Shown piece after piece: positions 1 to 9,689 of a DNA stretch of 64,000 nucleotides. The notes beneath the pieces were generated by a model, which ran no database searches, was not told the origin of the DNA, and saw only the letters and a list, made by a program, of their open reading frames with translations. How positions within the stretch are numbered: the first letter of the stretch is position 1; every line of letters starts with the position of its first letter. Made by a program: the position numbers and the translations under genes. Origin of the DNA: Patescibacteria group bacterium (lineage in GTDB: Bacteria > Patescibacteriota > Minisyncoccia > Phycocordibacterales > UBA12088); contig WFWH01000002.1 in assembly GCA_015491245.1 (NCBI GenBank), forward strand, positions 3,823-67,822. The letters run 5' to 3'.

Positions 1-2128
1 AAAATTCGTCTGCGAGAATAACGTTGGAGGGGACTTCACACATTACGTACACGCGCAGGCCAGGATCTTTTTTCCTGTCTAGCCCATGCTCCGCCATCAC
101 TGCGAGCACCGCATCCGCCTCTTCCAACGTGCGGCAAAAGGGCACCATGGGCACTATGTTCTCAAGCCCCAACACGGTACGCGCACGGGCGAGCGCACGG
201 CACTCAAGCCCGAACGCATCGCGAAATGCCTCGTGGTAATAGCGCGAAGCGCCGCGCCAGCCGATCATAGGGTTCGCTTCCTCCGGCTCATAAAGCGCAC
301 CGCCGATGAGCGTACGATACTCATTGGTTTTAAAATCGGAAAAGCGGATGATAACGTCGTGCGGGAAAAACGCGGCGGCGATTTTCGCCACCCCCTCCGC
401 GAGTTCTTCCACGTAGTATGCGCTCTTGTCTTCATAGCCCACGGTGAGGCGCGCGATCTCTTGTGCCACGCGGCGCACGTGCGCATCTTCTGAGTTTTTC
501 AGCTCCTCGTAGTGGAGGAGCGCATTGGGATGAATGCGCAGCTGTGAGGAGATAATAAACTCCAACCTGCCCAGCCCAACGCCCTGCACGGGAAGAAAAT
601 GGTTTTTGAGCGCCTCCTGCGGCGAGCCGATATTGACCATGATTTTCGTCTGGGTCCGGGGTATCTTCTCGAGCTGATGCTCCTCCTTGGTAAACGCGAG
701 AGCGCCACGCAGCACGAGCCCTTCCTTTCCCGAAGCGCAGTCCACCGTAACCACCTCGCCGTCGTGAAGCGTCGCCGTTGCATCGCCGCACCCCACCACG
801 CAGGGAATACCCAGCTCACGGGAGACAATTGCCGCGTGGCTGGTTCTCCCCCCCTTGTCGGTAACAATGGCGGCGGCAATTTTCATGATCGGCTCCCAGT
901 CGGGGTCGGTGATTTCCGTCACCAGCACTTCCCCTTTTTGGAACGAGCCAATTTCTTTAACGTCGCGGATAACCCGTACCGCCCCCGTGGCGATTTTGGT
1001 GCCCACGGCCGTGCCGCGCGCCAACACGGGACCGTCCTCGGTACGGGTGTACGACACCACCACGCGCCCGCGTGCCGAGGAGTGCACCGTTTCGGGGCGC
1101 GCTTGTACAATAAAAAGGTCCCCCGTTTTGCCGTCCTTTGCCCACTCCATATCCATGGGCTGCGGGCGGCCGTAGCGTTGTGAAAAATGCTGCTCTATGG
1201 CAACCGCCCATCGCGCCAATTGCGCCACCTCCGCATCTTCAAGGCAAAAACGTGTGCGCTCCTCTTCTAGTGCCCCCACCACCATGCCACCGGTTTCTCC
1301 ATATATCATTTTTACCTCCTTCGCGCCCAAATCTTTGGCAATAATACCGTCCAGTCCTTTTTCTAAAGAGGGCTTAAACACCATAAATGCATCGGGGGTC
1401 ACCTTCCCCTGTACCACCATCTCACCCAACCCATACGAGCCCTCAATAACGACCACCTTATCAAACCCGGTTTCAGGATCTATAGAAAACATCACCCCGC
1501 TCGCTGCTAAATCGCTGCGGACCATCACCTGCACCCCCACCGAGAGCGCCACACCGGTATGCGGAAACCCCTTATCTTCCCGATACGAGATGGCGCGATC
1601 GGTAAAAAGGGAGGCAAAGCACCTTTTGGTATGCGCAACGACCGCTTCCTCTCCCACCACGTTCAGATACGTTTCCTGCTGCCCCGCAAAAGAGGCACCA
1701 GGAAGGTCCTCGGCGGTGGCGGAAGAGCGTACCGCCACATCTGGTTTCTGGTACTCTGCCACCAACGCACGGTACGCGTGCGCAATTTCCTCCCGCAAAT
1801 CGTCGGGGAGGCGCGCTTCCATGATGAGCGCCCGCACCTGCGCGCCGCGCGCCTGCAGGTCTTTAATATCCCTTACGTCCAGTTTGGCGAGCACCGCCTG
1901 TATCTTTTGGGTAAGGCCCTGCGAATCCAGAAAGTAGCGATACGCACGTGCCGTCACCGCAAAGCCATCGGGAACCCGCACACCCAGGGGCGCGAGCTGT
2001 GCAACCATCTCTCCTAACGCGGCATTTTTTCCCCCCACCAGCGGCACATCGTCAAGGGAAAGCTCACGGAAAGGGATAATATTCCTCTCCGCGCGCGCGG
2101 GAGGCTGTGATGTGGCGGGTATGGACAT
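1..2128 (-). CDS. ppsA: phosphoenolpyruvate synthase (pyruvate, water dikinase); 3' end lies beyond window start
   Basis: Minus-strand translation from ATG at 2126-2128 gives MSIPATSQPPARAERNIIPFRELSLDDVPLVGGKNAALGEMVAQLAPLG... The PEP-utilizing phospho-His motif GGRTSHAAIVSRELGIPCVVGCGD sits about 430 aa in, as in PpsA. The frame stays open to position 1 with no stop, so the ORF track omits it. Confidence 0.8.
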   Translation of the reverse strand, partial: MSIPATSQPPARAERNIIPFRELSLDDVPLVGGKNAALGEMVAQLAPLGVRVPDGFAVTARAYRYFLDSQGLTQKIQAVLAKLDVRDIKDLQARGAQVRALIMEARLPDDLREEIAHAYRALVAEYQKPDVAVRSSATAEDLPGASFAGQQETYLNVVGEEAVVAHTKRCFASLFTDRAISYREDKGFPHTGVALSVGVQVMVRSDLAASGVMFSIDPETGFDKVVVIEGSYGLGEMVVQGKVTPDAFMVFKPSLEKGLDGIIAKDLGAKEVKMIYGETGGMVVGALEEERTRFCLEDAEVAQLARWAVAIEQHFSQRYGRPQPMDMEWAKDGKTGDLFIVQARPETVHSSARGRVVVSYTRTEDGPVLARGTAVGTKIATGAVRVIRDVKEIGSFQKGEVLVTEITDPDWEPIMKIAAAIVTDKGGRTSHAAIVSRELGIPCVVGCGDATATLHDGEVVTVDCASGKEGLVLRGALAFTKEEHQLEKIPRTQTKIMVNIGSPQEALKNHFLPVQGVGLGRLEFIISSQLRIHPNALLHYEELKNSEDAHVRRVAQEIARLTVGYEDKSAYYVEELAEGVAKIAAAFFPHDVIIRFSDFKTNEYRTLIGGALYEPEEANPMIGWRGASRYYHEAFRDAFGLECRALARARTVLGLENIVPMVPFCRTLEEADAVLAVMAEHGLDRKKDPGLRVYVMCEVPSNVILADEF

Positions 2129-2152
2129 CAAAGCAACGCGCTGCGCTCTCGC

Positions 2153-3457
2153 TCATTCCTTCATGGCGATGAGGAGATCCGCAACGTTACTTCCAGTATA
2201 CCCCGTCTCTAGTACGTCCTCCAACTGTGCAAAAAAAGGAGAGGCGTCAAAGCGCGCGCGGTACTTTTCGGCGATGAGCCCCGCCTCCTGCGCGCGGCGT
2301 CGTGTCTCTGCGTCCACGAGTGCCCCCGCATACGGCCCATTGTCTCTGCCGTCACTCGCGCAGGCAAGCAGAAGTTCGCCTTCATGCAGGTGTGACAGCG
2401 CACAGAGGGCGAGGTGCTGATTGCGTCCTCCTTTCCCCGCCGTGTCGCGCACGGTGACCGTAGTCTCACCCCCATACAAAAGCACGGTACGCGGCGCGGC
2501 GTGGTGGAGGGTATGGGTGATGGTGCGCGCTACCTCCTCTGCATCCCCTTCCAATACATCGGAGGCAATCTCAGCGGCGTATTCTAAACTAAACGCGGCA
2601 CCACGCATTGCGGCAAGCGCGATGCGATTGTTGACTGCCACAACGTGAGAGATGCGCGAAAAGAGCGCGGCATCCTTGGGTGTCTCCAATAAGTGGGGCG
2701 CAAAGCGTGCGGCAAGCGGGGGCGCAACGCGCGCGAGGACCCGCAAGGCGTCCTCTTTCGTGGAGGGATCGCGTACGGTAGGGCCCGAAGCTACTATGCT
2801 AATATCGTCCCCTGGCACATCGGAGAAAATAAGTGCCACCATCCGCGCAGGATATGCGCGTGCCGCCAAGTTGCCGCCCCGCGCCAGGGAGAGGTGCTTG
2901 CGCACCACGTTCACCTCACCGATGGGGATACCGTGCTGAAAGAGTGCGCGCATCAGGAGCGTCTCTTCCTCGCAGGTGTGGTGTGCCGGCTGGCACAACA
3001 GCGTGGAGCCGCCGCCGGAGATTACCGCAATGACCACATCTCGTTCTCCTGCCCCATCTAAGAGCGTGAGAATCTCTTTCGTATACGCGACATTGTCTGC
3101 TGAGGGAAAGGGATGGGTACCGGCGCGCGCGCGTATGCGCGTAAGGGTTTCATGCGCGGCACGCACATCCACCACGATACCATCATCAATACGGTCGCCG
3201 AGTATTTCCTCAAGCGCACATGCAGCTTCCAGTGCACACTTTCCCACTCCCACCACCAAAAGGCGGTTAATTTCATCCCACGCAAAGCATTGTCCTGCAA
3301 TGCACACCCTTTCCGTATCAGCGGTGACTGTCCGACGTATCGCCTCTCGCGTGCGTATTGCATGAAGCCCCGCCCCTAGTATGGTGAGCGCCGCGATGCG
3401 CTGCGGCGTGCGGGAAATCGCCGCGGCATTGCGCAACCATGGAAAGCGAGAGCTCAT
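2153..3457 (-). CDS. glycerate kinase (MOFRL / GckA-TtuD family)
   Basis: ORF 2153..3523(-). It carries the MOFRL-family pattern VVGVGKCALEAA... VIAVISGGGSTLL... VRKHLSLARGGNLA... LIFSDVPGDDISIVASGPT. The internal Met at 3457 (MSSRFPW) is the preferred start, because it avoids overlap with the divergent gene. Confidence 0.7.
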   Translation of the reverse strand: MSSRFPWLRNAAAISRTPQRIAALTILGAGLHAIRTREAIRRTVTADTERVCIAGQCFAWDEINRLLVVGVGKCALEAACALEEILGDRIDDGIVVDVRAAHETLTRIRARAGTHPFPSADNVAYTKEILTLLDGAGERDVVIAVISGGGSTLLCQPAHHTCEEETLLMRALFQHGIPIGEVNVVRKHLSLARGGNLAARAYPARMVALIFSDVPGDDISIVASGPTVRDPSTKEDALRVLARVAPPLAARFAPHLLETPKDAALFSRISHVVAVNNRIALAAMRGAAFSLEYAAEIASDVLEGDAEEVARTITHTLHHAAPRTVLLYGGETTVTVRDTAGKGGRNQHLALCALSHLHEGELLLACASDGRDNGPYAGALVDAETRRRAQEAGLIAEKYRARFDASPFFAQLEDVLETGYTGSNVADLLIAMKE

Positions 3458-3505
3458 GGAGTAAACGCTTACTGCATTAGTGTAGGGCAAAAGTATGTTT
3501 TTTGC

Positions 3506-3511
3506 TAGAAT
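3506..3511 (+). promoter_or_regulatory. putative extended -10 (TGcTAGAAT) for the divergent cohesin-like gene, 17 nt before its ATG
   Basis: tttTGcTAGAATgcatggtgacaatcctcATG; no convincing -35. Confidence 0.3.
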
Positions 3512-3528
3512 GCATGGTGACAATCCTC

Positions 3529-4245
3529 ATGAGGCACCCACACTCCTCCCGCCGCCGCACTGGCATTGCATTGGGGCTTACCGTTGCCGTATTACTCTTC
3601 ACGGCACTGGGTATTGCGCTGCGTTACCGCACCCCCTCCAGCGAGGGGCAACTTGTACTTGCGCCAGCACAGCGCGTGCTGGCGGTGGGTGCCACCACAA
3701 GCGTTACCGTTATGCTACGCACCCGCATTCCCGTTGCCACGGTTGCGGGGAGCATTGTTTTGCCTGATGAGGTATCCCTCTTGTCACTAGACCCCTCGCG
3801 CTCGCTCGTGGAGCTGTGGACCCAAAAGCCCACCGCCCGATCTGCCAAGATCATTTCCTTTAGGGGCGGTATTGCCAACGGCTTCCAGGGAACTGGTGAG
3901 GTATTCACTTTTGTGGTGCGTGCAGATACGCCAGGAACCGCGGAGCTCCTCGTGCTCGACCCCCAATTGCGTACCCGTAAGGGGAAAGGGGGCAATATTG
4001 CGGTAGTGTCCGAGCCGCTGATACTCAAAATACAGCGCAGGGAGAGCGCTGCGCATCCCTCGGAATACATCGGTACTGATAACACTACACAGGAGGTAGC
4101 AGCCTATGGGAGAATTACCGCTATGGGATACGTATGTGTGGGGTATCATCTTCCGGCAGCACGGGCGCTTCAAAGCAGGAGGATGCAGAAACACACCCCA
4201 CATACGCGCTTTTCCCAGTGTCAGCGCGGAGGCGCCTTCCTGTAA
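3529..4245 (+). CDS. membrane-anchored cohesin-like domain protein
   Basis: N-terminal TM helix GIALGLTVAVLLFTALGIAL. Cohesin-type pattern ...VTVMLRT...VAGSIVLPDEVSLLSLDPSRSLVELWTQKP...ISFRGGIANGFQGTGEVFTFVVRADTPGTAELLV...GKGGNIAV. The C-terminal 60 aa look odd, and the gene overlaps the convergent gene by 25 bp. Confidence 0.45.
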   Translation: MRHPHSSRRRTGIALGLTVAVLLFTALGIALRYRTPSSEGQLVLAPAQRVLAVGATTSVTVMLRTRIPVATVAGSIVLPDEVSLLSLDPSRSLVELWTQKPTARSAKIISFRGGIANGFQGTGEVFTFVVRADTPGTAELLVLDPQLRTRKGKGGNIAVVSEPLILKIQRRESAAHPSEYIGTDNTTQEVAAYGRITAMGYVCVGYHLPAARALQSRRMQKHTPHTRFSQCQRGGAFL

Positions 4246-6038
4246 CGCTGCCGCTTGGGGATGCGTACCGGCGCCAAAGGATGTGTTGCCGCCGCGGCAC
4301 TTTCATCCAGCTCCCGGGAAATGTGCGCCTTGGTGCGCGGAAAGCCATGAACGAGTTGCGCGTGCAATGCGCGCTCCCTCCTGGTAAGAGGACGCGTTTT
4401 CCCCTCTTTTTCCCAAGAGCGCGCACAGCGCGCGACGCCACTCTCCAGCGGCGCAAATGAATCCGCCTCTGCCGTACGCGTTCGGGCGCGCACTTTCCCT
4501 GCCACGCGTGCGCCTCCCTGCCACACGAGCCACAAGAGCACCCCCAGAAGAGTAAGGGCGCCCATAAGCGTCGCCGCCATGGAGATATAGCTCACTGCAA
4601 TAGAGCCAAAGAGCAGAATCTTTGGCTGGCGCACCGGTATTAACGGAGTAGCCACAGTATTGCTCTCTGCGCCTTTCTCATTTCGCACTTTCAAAAAGAT
4701 TTCATATTCTCCCTCGGGGGCCGCGGCGAACGCCTCGAGCGCAAAATTGCCGTTTGCATCAGCGCGCGTTTCAATGGTGGCACGCGCCATTCCATCGCGG
4801 CGCACCTGCGCCACCACGCGACCGCGCGGATAGGTGGTACCGCGCACGATGAGGGGGCTCCCCACCGATACCACCCGGGGGACCTCTCCCAGCACGGGCG
4901 CCTTCAGTGGTGCCACGACGAATGAAACGGTGGTGGCAGTGCGGTTGCCGGCCCAATCGTATGCTGCTACCGTAAGCGCGTGCGTACCCGGACCTTCCGC
5001 AGAAATCGTGTAGCGCCCCTCCTCATCCGGCGCCCACTTTTGCGGCGGCGCGCCATTAAGCGATGCCGTGAAGTAGGCAATGCCCGAAAAGGCATCCTCT
5101 CCCTCAACAATAAAGCGCACGCGCGGATCGGTGCGGTCGCGCCGCGCGTACTCTTCTATTCGGGTGAACTGCGGAGGGGTAGTATCCACGCGCAGAGGGT
5201 AGTGCTGTACCGTACCCCAAACACCATTGTCCTTTACCTGGAGGTGAAAATACGACACCCCGTCGGGAAGGTCCGCGTAGCGCATGGTGCGCGTGCCGGG
5301 TGCGAGGCGGCGCATGGGGACGCCGCGAGGGTCTTGATCCAACCCCACACGCACCGCTGCCGCATCTCCCGGGAGTTGCCAGCGCAACAGCGCGGTAGAG
5401 GTCGCATACCAACGCATCGGATCGGGATGCGTGGATGACTGAATTACCCCTCCTGGCGCCACACGTGCTCCTGCGGCTTGCGCCACAAAAGAAAGCGCCG
5501 GAAGTACCTCCCGCGCGGTAATAGTGTAGGCACCGGACCGCAATTGGCTCAAAATATTAGTGGCCCTTCCGTTTGCCGCTAGCACCGCCGCTCCTTGGGA
5601 AAACCATACTTGGCTGGCTTTGTTACGCAGTGCGCGCAAGCGCACCGAGAACAGGAGCCCCTCTGCTCCCGAAAAGTCACTCCCCGGTGCAACCGCCCCG
5701 GAAAACACAATACGGCCCTCATCGGAGTTGTAGGAAGGCGGTGTCACCCATGAGGAAAAAATAGATCCCTCTGTTTCAATGGCTACCAGTTCCCAATCCT
5801 CCTCATCAAAAGCTAGTGCTCCCTCCGCCGCATTGATTTTCTCTTTGCCGGTATTGACCATTACGCGAATGGTAAATTCCTCCCCAAGGGTAACCAGCGC
5901 CGTTGGCGGAGCGACATAGAGGAGTGCATCCTCAGCGCGAACCGACAGAGGAAACAGCAGCACAAGGGCCCACACCCACACCACTGCGGCACATGCGGCG
6001 GCAGTGCGCAGAGTTTTAGCGCTCTCGCTCTGTGCCAT
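4221..6038 (-). CDS. cell-surface protein: signal peptide + cohesin domain + Ig-like repeats + C-terminal TM anchor
   Basis: The preferred start is MAQSESAKTLRTAAACAAVVWVWALVLLFPLSVRA (signal peptide). Cohesin signature VMVNTGKEKINAAEGALAFDEEDWELVAIETEGSIFSSWVTPPSYNSDEGRIVFSGAVAPGSDFSGAEGLLFSVRLRALRNKASQ...VLAANGRATNILS. Beta-rich repeats follow, then the TM helix ILLFGSIAVSYISMAATLMGALTLLGVLLWLVW and a basic tail. Confidence 0.6.
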   Translation of the reverse strand: MAQSESAKTLRTAAACAAVVWVWALVLLFPLSVRAEDALLYVAPPTALVTLGEEFTIRVMVNTGKEKINAAEGALAFDEEDWELVAIETEGSIFSSWVTPPSYNSDEGRIVFSGAVAPGSDFSGAEGLLFSVRLRALRNKASQVWFSQGAAVLAANGRATNILSQLRSGAYTITAREVLPALSFVAQAAGARVAPGGVIQSSTHPDPMRWYATSTALLRWQLPGDAAAVRVGLDQDPRGVPMRRLAPGTRTMRYADLPDGVSYFHLQVKDNGVWGTVQHYPLRVDTTPPQFTRIEEYARRDRTDPRVRFIVEGEDAFSGIAYFTASLNGAPPQKWAPDEEGRYTISAEGPGTHALTVAAYDWAGNRTATTVSFVVAPLKAPVLGEVPRVVSVGSPLIVRGTTYPRGRVVAQVRRDGMARATIETRADANGNFALEAFAAAPEGEYEIFLKVRNEKGAESNTVATPLIPVRQPKILLFGSIAVSYISMAATLMGALTLLGVLLWLVWQGGARVAGKVRARTRTAEADSFAPLESGVARCARSWEKEGKTRPLTRRERALHAQLVHGFPRTKAHISRELDESAAAATHPLAPVRIPKRQRYRKAPPR

Positions 6039-6045
6039 ACTTCCA

Positions 6046-7146
6046 TCACTCCGCAGTGCGGCGCGCATCTCCCGCATCCACATCTGACGCCACTCCCTGC
6101 CCCCGCACCGCCGCGCGTGCGGCACTCCCCGCAAGCCGCCGCTGCCGCACGCGCCACCACAGCGCAACCAGTGCCGCGCCGCCCACGAGGGCAATCCCCC
6201 ACCCCCACAGAGGAATACGGCGATAGGGGGCGCGCGTCTGTGCAGCAGGAGGTTGGTAACGCACCACGCGCGCATTGCCCGCTTTATCCACCGCCTTAAC
6301 CTCAATCACGCTCCTGAGGCTTTGGTCTTTCAACACATAGGGGCTTGCAGCCACCTCCCACCGCGCGGCGCCTTTTTTTCCGATGGGGAGCACGCCACGG
6401 GCAGCGCCCACCTCGCGTACCTCGTAGTGGTCAATGCCGCTTTGTTTGTCCGTCGTGGAGAACGCAATGTAGTACCTGCCGTCCGCCACCGCAGGATCAT
6501 TGTTGAGCACGATAGAAAATAGCTCAGGTGCCACCGTATCCTGCCGCACACGTGCGAGCCACTCGTCTCGTGCCGGGCGCGCCAAATAGGGAGCAACGGT
6601 AAGCACCGAAGACCTCGCAGTGGTGGGAAGCAGCGTTCCCCGCCCGTCATGGGCATACACGCGCGTAAAATCTATACTCACACGCGCCTCCTGCGGCTCT
6701 TGGACGGCACCTTGCACCAAAAAGGCAATATCCGCGAGAATGTTGGGGGCGTCGGGGCCATTTGAGTTTCCTCCGCAGTAGCCGCCAGGGATGCCGCCGG
6801 AAAACCGTACCACCCCCTCCCCTTTATCAATTTTTGGCACCTCGGGCCACAGCGAGAGTATCGAGCGCCCCCTGCCCACATCCACCGCGGTGAGGAGGTT
6901 TCGGTCGTAGCGCACCACTACCTCCACCGCGTTTACGCATGCGCCCTCGGTATCAAGGCGCAACGGCAGTACCACCACATCCCCACGCTGCAGTGCCGCA
7001 TTTCGCGCGTCAAAGGAGATTATCGCCGCACGCGCGGGGAGGGTGGGAGAGAAAAGCATCCCCAGCACCCACAGCACCCCCCACACCGCACCATGCGCTC
7101 TACGCACCCACACGGTATCACGTAGCGTGGAAGGAAACGGTGCCAT
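6046..7146 (-). CDS. cell-surface protein: signal peptide + cohesin domain + C-terminal TM anchor
   Basis: Signal peptide VWGVLWVLGMLFSPTLPARA. Cohesin pattern ...VVLPLRLDTEGACVNAVEVVVRYDRNLLTAVDVGRGRSILSLWPEVPKIDKGEGVVRFSGGIPGG...NILADIAFLVQGA. C-terminal TM helix IPLWGWGIALVGGAALVALWW. Its stop lies 7 bp upstream of the next gene's start, consistent with an operon. Confidence 0.6.
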   Translation of the reverse strand: MAPFPSTLRDTVWVRRAHGAVWGVLWVLGMLFSPTLPARAAIISFDARNAALQRGDVVVLPLRLDTEGACVNAVEVVVRYDRNLLTAVDVGRGRSILSLWPEVPKIDKGEGVVRFSGGIPGGYCGGNSNGPDAPNILADIAFLVQGAVQEPQEARVSIDFTRVYAHDGRGTLLPTTARSSVLTVAPYLARPARDEWLARVRQDTVAPELFSIVLNNDPAVADGRYYIAFSTTDKQSGIDHYEVREVGAARGVLPIGKKGAARWEVAASPYVLKDQSLRSVIEVKAVDKAGNARVVRYQPPAAQTRAPYRRIPLWGWGIALVGGAALVALWWRVRQRRLAGSAARAAVRGQGVASDVDAGDARRTAE

Positions 7147-7184
7147 TGCCTAGAGTATACCGCACATGGGGGTGTGTGTATGCC

Positions 7185-8355
7185 CTACCCGGTCCAATAA
7201 AAGAGCATGATGGAAAAATCCGCGAGTCCCACAGTGCCATCGCGGTCAAAATCCGCCCGCGCTGCGGCGGTGCTCCACTCAAAAAGTAAGATGGAAAAAT
7301 CTATTAGATCAACCCTTCCGTCCTGATTAATATCAGGACTAATGGGGATATCGACATCCTGTATTCCCACGTAAAAACCTACCAGCTGACTAAATCCACT
7401 CTCGCTCTCTAGATTGCGCGGATTACGATAGCGCGCTTTGGCGCTGTGAAAGCGCTCATTTTCAAGGGTGTCGGTGGTAAACGCCACTGCCCACGCACCA
7501 TCACGCGCACTGGTGGTGGCTATGGTGATAGCATTATCCACCAAAACCTCTACTGAGTGTTCAGGGGCAGCATACCCCTGAAACGTGAGCGACTGCCCCA
7601 GCGCCACTTTCTCGGGCACCGCCGCAATGGTGGGGGGAACGAGTATCGTGCTAATGGTGGTTTGCGCTCCCTGCGCTACCTCAATGGTGGATGTATAGGT
7701 GATGGATTTTCTCCCCTCTGGATCTTCGGCGCGAAAACCAAAAGTGGCTACACCGGGGGTAAACGCACGGAATGTGTAGGAAAATTCTCCTTCATCGTCA
7801 GCGCTCACCTCTTTCTCTACCTCCCCATCAACAAGAATGCTCACCGCTGCGCCAGGGTACGCCATACCTTCCACCTGCACCTCAGTGGGCGCATCTACAT
7901 CAATCGTTCCCTCGGGCGCGCCATCGGGATCCTTCCCCCCACTGGATCCGCCGCCACCACCCCCACCTCCACCACCGCCAGGGTTCGTGGTGGGAGCGGC
8001 TTCATTAAGGCACACGGCACTGCACAGGTCTCCATCTATATTATTCCCATCGTCACACTCCTCACCAAAAAGCGTTTGTAAAATATCGTCGCCGCAATAT
8101 GGGCCATAGCCGCTGCAACTGGCATTGCAGCGCCTCGTGGCGGTAGAGGTGGCATACGCACCGTCATTATTGGCGCTCCCATCATCACACACCTCATTGG
8201 TGCTGATCACCCCATCACCGCAGACACCCACGGAAAGCGTGGTAGTGAATTCTCCTGGGCTGCTCTGCCCCCACACCCACAGCGGGAGCAATGCCACCAC
8301 AGCCACTATTGCGTACCTCCACCATACGAACCCATACCATCGCCGTATTTGCATA
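7185..8355 (-). CDS. secreted cysteine-rich-repeat protein with C-terminal dockerin (type I) module
   Basis: Signal peptide MQIRRWYGFVWWRYAIVAVVALLPLWVWG. Two CGDGVISTNEVCDDGSANNDG / CGDDILQTLFGEECDDGNNIDGDLC repeats, a G11 linker and beta-rich domains. Duplicated dockerin Ca-binding segments DINQDGRVDLIDFSILLFEW and DFDRDGTVGLADFSIMLFYW. The listed ORF extends to a GTG at 8426. Confidence 0.6.
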
Positions 8356-8764
8356 TGTTGTAGTGCTACCGGCACTTGCCGCATGCGTGTGTCTGTGCCA
8401 CCTCCCTTAAACGCCACATGGGACACACCTTACCGGCGTGCACGAGTCCCGCTGGAGTACCGGCATCAGGCACAGCATCGCGCGCGGGAGCTTTAGCCTC
8501 CGCACATGCCATACCATAAATTCGTAAATACCCACACGCAGGAAATGCAGCAGTGCCGGAAACGTTACCCCGCTTCAGGGGACCCGCTAGCTTCCTACGT
8601 GGCGCACGCGGTGGGGGATCCCACCTCCTCGCGCCACAGAGGTGCCGCGGGTGCGGCATACTGATAATTGTACCGCCATTCAAGAAGTTTGGAAAAATGC
8701 TCTAATTTCTAATCTATTGCAAATTTTCTGAAAACACTTCCTCGTCGCTTAATGTACGATGACC

Positions 8765-9586
8765 TCAGCGCCACGCCACCAGGAATAGGAGCGCCAATGC
8801 AAGTGCAACACGGTAGTACACAAACCAGGTAAGGGTAAAGGTGCGCAAAAACCACATGAGAAAATGAATCGCCGCCATGCCAGAGAGAAAAGCCGCCGCC
8901 AACCCCGCCACCACGGCCGTCCCTGCCGCCTGTAGTGTACCCTTTTGCCAGAGCGAAAGCGCCTCGAGAGATCCTGCGCCGACGATGATGGGCAGGGCGA
9001 GCATAAATGAAAAGCGCGCGGCAGCGGCGCGTGAGAGCCCCGCAAACAATCCTCCCGAAATAGTAGCGCCCGAGCGCGACATGCCCGGCACCAATGCAAG
9101 CGCCTGAAAAAGGCCGATGAGCAAACCTTGCCGCAGAGTGGGATACTCCGCCGATGCGCCGTACCGCGCATGCCAGCGCTCCGCAGCCATAAACAATGCG
9201 GAACCAGCCAGCAAACCGCCCGCAATCACCAGCGGCGTGCGGAGTGTTTCCGCAACAATCTTTTCCCCCCACGCACCTGCCAGAGCAGCGGGCACGGTGC
9301 CCACCATCAACGCGAGAATGAATCCCTTTTCTTGCCGCGCGATTTCCTTGCCGCGCACCCACCGGAAACCATCGCGTAAAAGGCGCAAAAAATCCCTGCG
9401 GAAATACATGAGCACCGCTAGCGCGGTGGCAAAGTGCAGCAGCGCATCAAATGCGAGTGCGTCTGCGCCTCGCGCTTCCAATCCCAAGAGAAGGCGCGCC
9501 AGAATAAGATGGGCGGTGGAAGAAACGGGGAGAAATTCGGTAAGTCCCTGTACGGCTCCCAGTACTACGGCGGTAACGGTATCCAT
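8765..9586 (-). CDS. uppP: undecaprenyl-diphosphatase
   Basis: 273 aa starting MDTVTAVVLGAVQGLTEFLPVSSTAHLIL..., with the conserved GMSRSGATISGGL motif and multiple TM segments. Confidence 0.8.
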   Translation of the reverse strand: MDTVTAVVLGAVQGLTEFLPVSSTAHLILARLLLGLEARGADALAFDALLHFATALAVLMYFRRDFLRLLRDGFRWVRGKEIARQEKGFILALMVGTVPAALAGAWGEKIVAETLRTPLVIAGGLLAGSALFMAAERWHARYGASAEYPTLRQGLLIGLFQALALVPGMSRSGATISGGLFAGLSRAAAARFSFMLALPIIVGAGSLEALSLWQKGTLQAAGTAVVAGLAAAFLSGMAAIHFLMWFLRTFTLTWFVYYRVALALALLFLVAWR

Positions 9587-9649
9587 GATGATGGCTGAAC
9601 AAAATGTGTTGCCGCAGCAGACGAGGGCGCCGACCGCGGCGCACTGTGC

Positions 9650-9655
9650 TATACT
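9650..9655 (+). promoter_or_regulatory. -10 element TGcTATACTG upstream of the DsbA-like gene
   Basis: ctgTGcTATACTGgcact, 34 nt before the ATG at 9690. It belongs to the recurring TATACT(G) motif family. Confidence 0.35.
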
Positions 9656-9689
9656 GGCACTGCTTTAGCATACTAGCCTACGCCGGCCT

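Noticed and set aside
200-260. Apparent +1 frameshift or stop in ppsA near position 240
   Set aside because: It arose from my own mis-chunking of a printed sequence line. Re-reading gives ...GASRYYHEAFRDAF... in frame. The gene is intact. It is missing from the ORF track only because it has no in-window stop.
599-2017. Plus-strand ORFs 599..1183, 855..1175, 1197..1937 and 1559..2017
   Set aside because: They are antisense shadows of ppsA in high-GC DNA. They have low-complexity Arg/Ala/Pro-rich translations and no motifs.
7935-7975. Poly-G/C tract encoding the Gly11 linker as a phase-variation homopolymer
   Set aside because: The DNA is mixed ccgccaccacccccacctccaccacc, with no run longer than 5.
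8366-8683. 105-aa minus-strand ORF in the uppP / dockerin gap
   Set aside because: It has Arg/Pro/Ala-rich low complexity and no start context. It is treated as non-coding.
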